Origin: Azolla caroliniana
Lineage: Eukaryota; Plantae; Polypodiophyta
DNA: 64,000 nucleotides
Assembly: GCA_043228905.1 (NCBI GenBank)
Contig: JBHGNT010000010.1
Coordinates: 4,402,001-4,466,000 of the forward strand
Direction of reading: 5' to 3'
The stretch's first letter is position 1, and every line of letters starts with the position of its first letter. Under the pieces are notes generated by a model. The model had not been told where the DNA came from. It did not search any database and worked only from the letters and a program-made list of their open reading frames with translations. Below are positions 8,268 through 23,292 of the stretch, piece after piece. The position numbers were made by a program, and so were the translations under genes.

Positions 8268-11200
8268 ACGTCGTGGCTCCAGGCGGACAACTATCTTCTG
8301 GTGTCCTGACGTCAGAACAAAATAAAATAAGAGAAAATATTGTGAAGACTAAACTTGTGCGCAGGGGCCAGCTATTTCATTTGCCCATTACTTCTATCCA
8401 AAGGCCCCCCATTGACCCCGTGACTGGAAGACGTCCCTTGGAAATTAGGGAGCCGCACTCCGTCCATGTGCAAAACCTGAAAAGCAAAATGAAAATCAAT
8501 CCTCACGCTACTGTGGTGCCATTTTTGGTAATGGTTGATCAAGAACAATGCCCAACAGTAGCAGATTTCAAGTATAGCTCTGCAGACGATTACACATACT
8601 ATGTAATCGGAGGATCACATTCGGCCGAAGCTCGACGACAGCTTGTCAAAGAATATCCTCTCACGCCGTTCTTCAAGTACGCCGAATGTAAGGTATATGC
8701 AGGACTAACTCACGAGGAGGCGAAGCTGCTCGCATGGGACCATAACAATGACAACGATTATAGGCAAAAGATGTCATGTATAGAGAGGATAAGATTTTTT
8801 CATCATGAATACCTGGATGCCTTGAATCGTTTTGGTCCAAGATTGTGGCCTGGATTGCGACGCCAGTGTTTATTGGAAGTAGGGATTGCAGTGGATGAGA
8901 GTACCAAATCCGAAGGTCTCCGAAAATATGATTCTTGGTTTCAACTAGCTTTTCGGACCGGAGAGGTGTGGGATCTCCAAGACAAAATATTCTCTATGTG
9001 GGAGCGGAAAGAAGTCAAGGGGCAAAGATCAAAAAAGGGAAGAATTGATCCACAAGTTGAGATGAAATCAAAGACCATGGGAAAAAGCGACTTGGTAATC
9101 GAGGAGTTAGCAGAGGACATGAAACTTTTACCTTGGAGATCATTACAAGGTATCAAAGATGATAGATTGTTAATATCCGTGCTATCTCGAGCGGTCGCCA
9201 AGGAATTTAGTTTGGACGAGATGGTAACAGACTTGCAAAAGTAAGTGTTTATAGTATACCTTTTCATGAAAGTCTTCAATTATTTTGAATATCTTATTTC
9301 TAATTTCATATTGATTGTGCAGTCACAAGGTATACATGAAGATTCAGGAGTTGATGATGCAAAAACTGAGTTTACCGACATGGGAAGAAGTTGAACAAGC
9401 CTGCCCGATAACTTCTTCCTATAAGGCATTGGAGGAATATTTTATTGTATTTAGAGAATGGGTATGTGTCTTTTGAATGTTGATATGTTAGAAACTAATG
9501 TTCCCTGCTAACAACAATGACACTTGCATAAACCATCAAAATCGAAAAAGAACAACAACAATAATGACGGTATTCCAGTGGCCTTCATCACGCACTTAGA
9601 ACGTGCGAAATATGAGAAGAGAATGACCAAAGGGAAGGAAATGGAACTGCCTGAGGATTCGGAGACTGTAAAGAGTTTTTTGCATAGGTATGATCCTTTC
9701 AAACAGCTTCATTATAGTGTTTTCAATGGCGAAGTATCCCAGATGCTCGAACTGTTACCGAGAAGGCACTACACTTTGCTGATAGCTGACATACCATATG
9801 GTTTCCGTATTGCGGGATCAACATATGATGATGTGCCTTTCAAGTACCCTCAAATCGAGAAAATGGTAAAGGATTTCGCAGAACTGACATTGGCCCCCTT
9901 GTGGAGGATAGTCATATTTCATAGCATGGGGCAATCAATGTCAGTCACAACAACTTTGAAGTCCCGTTGTCATGCCACTGAACACATGCATTGGTGCGTT
10001 ATAGTTCGCTTTTACTCATTACAATACTTCTTATTATATGTACACATTTACACCTCTAATACTTGATTTTCTTTCTCTATAGGATCAAAACAAATATTAC
10101 ACGTAGCCCTGGCGATCGAATGGTTAGTGCGGTCGAACATTTTTGTGTGGGCTACTATGATTCAATTACAAAGAAGAAGGCTAGAGCACATGTCAATGAG
10201 CGTAACGTGGTTAACTACATCATGTGCCCAGCTGTAACAAAAAAATTAAGACATGTGTCAGGGGATAAAAGTATGGTGAACCCTTATCAAAAACCTCAAA
10301 GATTGATCAACCGCCTCATAGAGCTCTTCTCGAATCCAGATGATTGGGTCCTAGACTTGTTCTCTGGCACAGGTATAATATATATATTTAATTTCAATCA
10401 TGTCGATCAAGTTTAAGACGTTACTTCTTATATATACTTGTTTGTGTTCATGCGACCATTAGGTACAACGACAGCTTGTGCATTGAAGATGTTTAGAAAC
10501 TGTGTTGCATTGGAGAAGGACCCTGCTCAAGTTAACTTCATCAAAATGAGGATCACAGGAATCTGGGACTGTCCAGATCAGGATCAAGAAGTCGGAGCAA
10601 AACACATCAACGAGACAGAGATGTTCCAGATGACTTCACGAGAACCAATGGAACCAATTGATGAAGAAGCAGGGGAGCTGGTGGACCTGGAAGATGTAGC
10701 ACAGTTTGACCATACATCAGATTCGGGAGAGCTTGGAGATGACACGAATGAAAACAGTCTAAAACAATCAGCGCCAGAGGAGCCTGCTCTGCCTGATTTG
10801 CTTATAGATTGATGTAGATGGCGTAATGTAAAAATTGAGGATTTTGAGGCATAATGTTCACCATCACTTCATATTATATTTGTATATGAGAACATCTGTA
10901 ATTGTTTATCGTTTAATTAAATTCACCTGTTCATAATTTCCCTTTTTAATCATTATTGGAACCGTAGTTTGTATTTACATATAATTGGTCACCATGCTCT
11001 TCTTCAGTTTGAGATATTAACATGATATCGTAATTTCTCATTTCCGTTAGCATGACTGTATATGAAAAGGCGAATGTTTTTTATAATAAGAGGTTTTTAG
11101 TTACCTACGGTTCAAGTCTACTGGTTCCACATAGTATAAATGAATGTCGTACATAATTGTTACTCTTACCAATTACATTGTCATGAACTATATGACATTA

Positions 11201-11559
11201 TATAATGAAACTATCGATATACCCGTCCAACAAGTGGGGTACTACTTTATTCCTAAACCCAAAACCACATATTTATAATTACGGTTTATGTAGTTTTACT
11301 CTACAATTTGAATATGGATACCAATTTTAGAACTTTATATTGAACCAAGTCTTCAATTGTGCTCCATGATATGCAAATTGACACGAATGTGGACACATAT
11401 ACAATTTAGTAATTGCTAGGTTTTTTTTGTTCTATATTTAACCATCAAGTCGCAAAAGGGGTACGCATGCATCGTATATTTTCGATATCAGGCTAAAATA
11501 GGGTACTTTTCTACATCTGGCCAACTATGCCAAAAGAGAATACGACATATTACCTGTTT

Positions 11560-12403
11560 CAAATGACCCGATGTTTTCTTACAAAGTTTCTACAAGTTAC
11601 GAAACAAACGCTCTACACCCTCGTCCTCCTTGAGACGAGATCGCTTCCCATTGAGATCATGGCTATTGAAAGGGTTGTTGAATACATGCTTAGGGTTCAA
11701 AAAAGTCCCTCACATCGACTTCCTAGAATTGCATGGGAAGCAAGCAAAAAGATCCAAAAGACGCATAAAAGCAATTTTTTGTGTTTCAACTAGATGCAAG
11801 ATATAGAAAAATGGTTTGGTAGATGGGATGTGAGACACTTGCTTCATGATGCATCACTAGATTCCTCTGTAAATGAGGCCTTTTTGCAACGCCAATGTAT
11901 CATGACATGGGACAAATGTGGAGGCTCATGCTTTACACATTATACTACACATGTTGCACCTAACTACAAAACCATATTCTTTGCGGAACGGGGAATCTGT
12001 ACACATCGATACATGTTAGAGCCCATACTGTTATCTGCTATTTGAACCATTGCTTCCATGCGACTTAGCTCACATGCATTGCAATGTGAGATAGGGCGTT
12101 GGGGCACAAGTGATGAGAGTGGTCAGCTATGCACATGTTGCCCTAAACAAGTTCGCGAGTCTGAGTATCACACTTTGATACAATGCTCTGCCTTTGATCA
12201 TATTCGACCATGCTTTCCACATCTCTTCGATTGAGCCCAATCCTTGCATGAATTCCTCTCACAACCACAATGTGCACTCTCGATTGCAACATTCATTGAT
12301 AAAGTTCTTGAACATCGAGAGTCACTACTCACTTTCAGACGTGTCACGCGAAATGTAATATTTTTGGTCTCATAGGTCATATTTGACCTCCGAAGACGAT
12401 AAT

Positions 12404-12447
<44 letters not shown>
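11560..12447 (+). mobile_element. 5'-truncated, decayed non-LTR retrotransposon (RTE-X/L2-like 3' end) with (CT)n tail
   Basis: Stop-interrupted frame with LETRSLPIE, RLPRIAW, RLSSHALQCEIGRW...CTCC...ESEYHTLIQC (CCHC knuckle), then a short 3' UTR ending in (CT)n at about 12408-12447. Confidence 0.75.
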
Positions 12448-12449
<2 letters not shown>

Positions 12450-13099
12450 CCATCAAGCAATGTTAAGTGATTATTCTTATGATCATGATCTATGATGCCA
12501 ACATGTTTAGCCATGTTGAACTATGTACCTAGGTTGCCCTCTTTGAGCCAAACTTTGTGTCCAACACCCAAAATACGAGGCATCATCATCCCTTTTGTTT
12601 TGTGTGTATGAAACTCTCCCACCATTAATTATCGTAGTCATCTGTTAGTGTTGTTAACTAAGTGTAGACTCTGTTGACCAACATCATCCATAATTATAAC
12701 TCATGCTCCATGTGTGTTGCCCAAGTTGTTCTCCAATGCCTTGGCTCGTATTGAAGAGAGAACAACTCAAGAATGGTCTTATAGATCATCAAATTATGTC
12801 AATTTCATATGTTTCTTCAAGCACTACATCCTACCTATACTCTATCTAGCGTGGAGCAAGGGGATGATGGATCTGATGGCAATAATTGCATTATGACTTC
12901 ATTACTTCACAGAGCTACTTAGTCCACAATTATTTATGACTGATGAGGGGATTATAGCACACCCCAAGTTTTATGATGTGGTTGAGTGTAATATGCTCAA
13001 CTCCCTTAGTCACGAGTTGGATGTGGATCTCATAGGTGATGAGGTGGGGACAAATTTAAGGCATCTTCCTTATGGTAAGAGCCTTGATTGGGATGACTT

Positions 13100-14310
13100 C
13101 AAAATTGAAGTTTTTAAGTGATATTCCAAAAATTTTGGGGGCACCTAGCTTTAATGTTTTAGTGTTTTTGAGATTTTGTTTGTACTATGCCTCGAGTTTG
13201 AAGGTTGGTCTCATCAAGTTCGTTCCAAAGTTGGCATCGCCCAAGTTATTTCATCAATGGACACCTATTTCTTTGATGTGGGTTGAATAAAGCATTTATG
13301 AAGGTATTGGCAAATAGATTTCAAAAGTATTTGCCCAAGTTGATACACCCATACCAATATGGTTTCATTGCAAGTAAAAATATATTGCATAATGTGCTTA
13401 ATGTTAAGATGGTCATGGATTATGACCCAGCAACTCATCAACAATCAATTATGGTGCAATGAGATTTAGAGAAAGCTTATGAACATGTCAATTGGTCATT
13501 TGTTTCAGCTTTTACTGCATAGAATGGGTTTTTGGCCACACACACACACACAAAGATATATATTGCCTTGTATTTTTATTAAGCAAACATGTGTGTAACA
13601 ATCGGCAACGGTTCGGTTCCGTTCGAGAGTGTCCAAACCGAACCGGTTTGAAACCAGACTGTTTAAAATTGTTAAAACTTAAACTGAACCACAAAACCAT
13701 TTAAACCGAACTGTTAAGTAAAATTCCAATTTGTTAAACCATTAAACCACTAAAATCGCGGTTTCATGGTTCGGTTTTGGTTCTCAACTTAGGTCAATTT
13801 TTTAAAAATTCATTATTTAAAAATTTAAATTTTCATTATATTTCAAATTTCAAATTTTCAATATTTTAAAGATTTTTCCTAAAATGTGAGAATTAGGCTT
13901 AAAAATGAAAAGATTGTTTAAAAAATAATAATTAAATTTGTTTTTTGAAAAAACCATCAAACCGTTTAACCATTTAGATGCGGTTTCAAACTGTTAAAAC
14001 CGAACCGAACTATTTAAACCGTCAAGCCGCAGTTTTACGGTTCGGTTCGATTCAAACCGAACCATTGCTGATTGTTAATGTTGTGTCCCAAGTGATGCTT
14101 CACGGTGGAGTTACATCAAATATTGCCCTCACAATATTTGCTCGTTAAAGATGACTCATTATCCCATTGTTGCTTACATGGTTATCCTTTCCTTCTTATT
14201 GAGGTTTTCAACTAATGGTAATATTGGAGGTTAACACCTTCCATTTTGGGTGACAATTGATTATAACACAAACTATTCCTCTTTCAGAGGAGATATTTGC
14301 CTTGATTTCC
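13100..14310 (+). mobile_element. Heavily decayed L1-type LINE reverse transcriptase remnant
   Basis: Residual peptides KVGLIKFVPK...WTPISLM and DLEKAYEHVNWSF (about 13463-13502); interrupted by a MITE; boundaries approximate. Confidence 0.55.
13596..14077. mobile_element. MITE / non-autonomous TIR element (hAT-like)
   Basis: About 23-bp imperfect TIRs TAACAATCGGCAACGGTTCGGTT / AACCGAACCATTGCTGATTGTTA, many AACCG subterminal motifs, degenerate 8-bp flanks CATGTGTG / ATGTTGTG. Confidence 0.7.
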
Positions 14311-15704
14311 GGTGAGGTACATTAAACACCCCCACATTCACGAATCACAACCCCACAACGTATGCAAGTGCACTAATATACACATGACACTTATTCCTCA
14401 CTAACTCCCGTGCACTTTAGCACCCTTTTATTTCTATTTCTATTTTCCTCAATGTACATGTGCAATGTTGCACATCTCCAACATTTCTCGCTCCACCTGG
14501 TTTTCTCACCATGGCTGGAAATCTTGACGACAACGCTAGCAACACAACATTCAAATACACACAGAGATAAACATAGATTTAATCCTTAATGGCTAAGATG
14601 GTTGCTTCATTGTTCACAGTAGCAAGTACAATATCATATACAAGAACTCTCTCTCTCTCTCTCTCCCAACAAAGTTCCAAATGAGGATCAACCCAATAAA
14701 CACTTCCCAACTGAGAATCAATAAACCGCCACTAATTCCAAAGCTCCTCGGACATATATACTTGGTATTGGAGGGTTCACACTAGGTTCACCCAATGTAT
14801 CTTTCCCTCCAATGTATCCTACTTATGTCATGTGAAAACTTGTCAAGGTTGGTAAGATTTCCACATGATATCGTGACCCATTCCAAATCTTAAATGAATC
14901 AAGGGATGTCGTATAAGCTAGATTTACTTGCATAGTAAGATTCGCCATGTTTTTGATGATAGTTGTCTTAAGAAGAGCATACCATGATGTTCATGTTTGT
15001 TATTTGCTTATTGTTTTGATATGATGACATTGGTTATTTCTCAAGACTTATTGGTTATATAATTGCATGAACTTGAAACATCTTAGATTCACGTGGAAAC
15101 CAAACTTATTGTAGCGTCTATTGTAAATTATTAATCAAGTATCAAAGAGGAGTCAACTTCTTCTCGGACGACGAGGTCAACCCTGGCATGCCACACCTTT
15201 GTCCTCACATGTTGATATGTATGTAATGTGAGATTGGATCTAGGATTCCACCTTTTCGTCGAATGCTCCAAGGGCCGGGGTTCCTCTCACTAATTGAGTT
15301 GCATTCGGAATGCTCAACTTGTTTCTCCACCATCCACTACGCACTGATCGACGCTTTTCTCGTACCAATAAACCCAAGCTACATTCATAACTAGACTCTG
15401 GCACATGCGAAGAGAAGGAGGGAGTGCCATTAGCATATACTAAATACAATAGGTGTATGAGATAGTGAGGTGCGCAAAATACAGGGGAGCTTCCATTGTT
15501 TGTACGTGTGTGTTTGAGTCAAAGTCCGAGTAGAGAAATGTGTGAAAGGAGAACCAGAGAAAGGGTCCCCCCACACAACCACAATACAAATGTGTATACG
15601 TATCTATGGATATATGTATGTATGATGAATATACATATGTATGATATGTATGTATATGTACGAATATACATATGTATTTATACGTACATGTATGTGTCAC
15701 GTGT

Positions 15705-15842
15705 GTATGTATGTATGTATGTATGTATGTATGTCTGTCTGTATGTATGTATGTATGTATGTATGTATTGTATGTATGTATGTATGTATGTATGTATGTA
15801 TGTATGTATGTATGTATGTATGTATGTATGTATGTATGTATG
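15705..15842. repeat. (TATG)n microsatellite
   Basis: Directly visible tetranucleotide array. Confidence 0.95.
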
Positions 15843-16020
15843 ACCACATGTAATGGCTTCTGAGTTCATTAGGTCTTCTGAACAGCTGTGGCAAAACACA
15901 CACACGCAAACACTGTCTATTTCCTTCACTCGCTTACACAGAAAGATCCTGTCTGTCTACCATCGCCCAAAATTTGTCCTCCATCTCGATCCTCTTGCTG
16001 TGCATGGTATCTCATGCTTT

Positions 16021-20094
<4,074 letters not shown>

Positions 20095-22646
20095 CCTTTT
20101 TTATGGATACAAAATGTCTTTTAGTTTTGGATCAGTAACTACATTCCTTCTTTATCCAAAGCTTTGGATGAGACATGTGGCACATGGGCCATCCTATTTT
20201 AGATTTGTCCTTTATATAGCGACTTGTATATTCAATAACCCTGTATATTTCACTGGATGCCGACCTACTGTGGCTTTGTATTCTTTGAACGGAATGAGCA
20301 AATGCTCTATTAACAGGGAATTATGAATTTTCTAAGCTCAAATAATTCTTCTAGGCTGTTTTCTTTATTTTTTATGTTGTAGGTTTTCCTAAAAAGTTAC
20401 AACACGTGAAGTAGTATTCACACATACTTACCCTTGTAAATGCCTGTGGTGGAATTGTAACTGTAATATAAGCTATTTCAGAAGCAGTTATTACTTGTTA
20501 CCGGTTCTTGTAAACTTGTAGTTTTACACTTTGTTACTGAACTATTGAAGAAGACGATGAAGTGCCAAGGTGTCCTGGGATTGAGGTGATGGATAAGGTG
20601 GGATTGAAGTAGTAAGTCATCTTGGGAACTATGTGTTTGTTAACTCTGGATATTTCTATATAAATAATAAACTGAAAATTTGTACATTACTTTGGAAATT
20701 GGAATTCCCAGCTGCAGTTGCGACTGCACGCTTAAAAATTTAAATTGTGATGTTCAAGCAATGCTTTCACATTGTGCTTAACATAATAATGTCTTTTTCA
20801 CTTTGGCTTTTTACATGGCAATTCTAACCCATTCACACGTTGAAAAGAGAATGCATAAAAACATTTTTACCAGAAGTGTATAAAAGTATATTTTTTAGAT
20901 TTCTGTTATTGAACCATGCAACATCAAAATCTTGTAGGATTGTGCAGGTTGCAATCAAGAGCTTTTATAAGGTGAATGACATGCAATTACAGGAAATATT
21001 TTGTTAAATCAAATTGGTGGAGATGACCAAAATCTCTTTGAAATATGATAGTTTCAAGTTTGTAATTGTGTATTATTTACAGATTCTTCTCTTTGCCATT
21101 TATGCATGAAGGCTAGTTGATGTATTTGCATTTGGATATAAGATGTCTTCATGTTGTTGTGTTTCAGTTTCATCAGCATGTTTTAATAATACCACTGAAC
21201 ATGATCTCTATTTTCCATTATTGATATTGGCCGTGCTTTAAAAATTTCCCCATTTATTCATCTGACGTCAACCTTATTGCAAAGTACTAAATGAAAATTG
21301 GAAAAGTAGATGCTTATGCGTGACATTGTTGTTGCAAATAGGTTAAGGCTGTAAGATTTGCACATTAAGGTTGTGGATTCATCAAGTATTGAGCAATATT
21401 CTTATTTTCATGTTCATTATGTAAACTCGAGATGTTCAGTTGACATGATGAACACAAACAATTCACTCATAAACAAGACGGGCTTGACAACAATGTCTAC
21501 AAATTTTCCATGAGCCTAGTAGCATTTCTTTTTAAAAGGTAATGTTGAGAACTATTCATTAGAAATCCCTAGTTTTTGAGCACGTGTTGCACAAATTTGC
21601 TTCTCATAAAACGTAAGCTTCAATTGTGTCTTTTTTTTGCTTCACTTGGACGTTCTGGATTCACCTATATTTGCTTTAAAGATCTAGACTCATTCTTAGT
21701 ATTATTGTGTTGCATTTAAATGCATGTTCTTGGACTTCCATCACATTTGATTCACATATAGAGTTGGTAAGGCTGTCATTGTGAGCTCAAATAATCAAAC
21801 CATCCCACAAGCAATTTCATTGTCAAAAAATCGTGCTCTTTAGGGTGCTTGAAAGTTGCATCTTGATGGGTACACAAAGGAGTTGTTGGATGATAACTGT
21901 TATAACACACATATAATGATTACGTCTTCCTATGCCACATATATTAAATTGATCCAAATATAGTGAAAAACTTTTCGTGGAAATCTCCACACCAATGTCA
22001 ACTTGAAATTTCCTTTTCCTCTTGTTCAATGCACGTGGTTGTATTTAGCTATTCCAAATATAGTGAACAACCTTTTGTGGAATCTCCACACCAATGTCAA
22101 CTTGAAGGTTCCTTTTCCTCTTGTTCAATGCACATGGTTGTATTTGGCTATTTGAAGACAACACTAGACCTACATTTACATGTATGTGTACAGGGGCCAA
22201 GTCTTGTTTAAGTTGAGGGCTAGGTTTCATCAATGCCAAATTTATAAGCTTGAAATGCTTTAGTTAGCCTTACTCATAACCTATATGGCACAAAACTAAT
22301 CAAAACTATGAAGTAGGGTGGAAACATTTCATGCCCAACAATGTCCAATTATAACAACAGAATGATGTCATTCATGCTTTGTAGCACAAGCTTACTTTCA
22401 ATTTGAATTTTGGCCTAAGCCAAAACACAATTAATTTCTTGCCTTGTAGTGGTTGGAAGGAAAATCTCACATCACCAATATATTTCACATTCGAGGACCG
22501 AATAGGCAAGTGAGCCTTTGTCATGTTATGTAGGTCCACACACATGATCATCCGCAAGAAGTGCATGAATAATAATATTAATACATTGATATGGCCTAGG
22601 TCTAGTCACAAGCAGGCGCGTAAATGGACAAGAACGCCATTAAGTA

Positions 22647-23258
22647 GGAACTGATCGAGATGACTATAAGAGACAGATCGATGATCGGGAGCACAAATCA
22701 AGCAAGAACCGATCGAGATGACTATAAGAGATGGATCAACGATCGGGAATGCCATCAAGCAGGAACTGATCGAGATGACTATAAGAGACAAATCGACGAT
22801 CGGGAATGCCATCAAGCAGGAACTGATCGAGATGACTATAAGAGACAAATCGACGATCGGGAATGCCATCAAGCAGGAACTGATCGAGATGACTATAAGA
22901 AACATATCGACGATTGGGAAGGCCATCAAGTGGGAACTGATTGAGATGACTATAAGAAACATATCGACGATTGGGAAGGCCATCAAGCGGGAAAATCGAT
23001 CCAGATGACTATAAGAGATGGATCGATGATTGGGAACGCCAGAAACCAGGAACAAATCGAGATGGCTATAAGAGACAGATCTACGATCGAGAAGGTCATA
23101 AAGCAGGAACTGATCGAGATGACTATAAGAGACGGATCAACGATCGAGAACACCATCAAGTAGGAACCAATCTAGATGAGGAACCAATCTAGATCATTAC
23201 AAGAGACAGATCGACGATTGGGAATGCCATCAACTGGGAAAATCAATCGAGATGACTA
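22647..23258. repeat. 57-bp tandem minisatellite, about 10-11 copies
   Basis: Unit AGGAACTGATCGAGATGACTATAAGAGACAAATCGACGATCGGGAATGCCATCAAGC; period 57 (22761, 22818, 22875). Confidence 0.93.
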
Positions 23259-23292
23259 AGTGAGCACGATTCAAGTGATCCTGTGATTAGCA

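Larger units (their letters stand above)
358..10812 (+). pseudogene. Spliced gene encoding a ParB/Srx-like domain fused to a beta-class N6A/N4C DNA methyltransferase; interrupted by a Gypsy element at 966-8267; 5' end probably outside the window
   Basis: Exons about 358/433-965 joined to 8272-9240 (in frame once the element and one ACGT copy are removed: ...DDQQVD-VVAPGGQ...), 9323-9461, 9530-9993, 10083-10372, 10463-10812. Donors GTAAGT 9241, GTATGT 9462, GTGCGT 9994, GTATAA 10373, with consistent phases. Motifs: YYVIGGSHSAEARR/EEAKLLAWDHN (ParB-like), LLIADIPYG (motif IV), HWIK, NPYQKPQRLI, WVLDLFSGTGTT (motif I), CVALEKD. The acceptor at 9529 reads TGCAT, not TGCAG. Confidence 0.82.

Noticed and set aside
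8272-10812. Bacterial or phage contamination as the source of the methyltransferase
   Set aside because: The ORF is split by phase-consistent spliceosomal introns, carries an LTR retrotransposon with a TSD, and is contiguous with plant genes.
14320-15600. Possible solo-LTR or TE fragments and a 69-aa ORF (15240-15449)
   Set aside because: No paired termini, TSD or recognisable protein motif.
15440-15929. HTYI / MYVC repeat proteins (similar ORFs at 24044-24630, 36678-37328, 52115-52581)
   Set aside because: Translations of (TATG)n, (TG)n, (GA)n and (TA)n microsatellites.
22647-23258. CRISPR array
   Set aside because: Units are similar along their whole length with no unique spacers; no cas genes; eukaryotic context.
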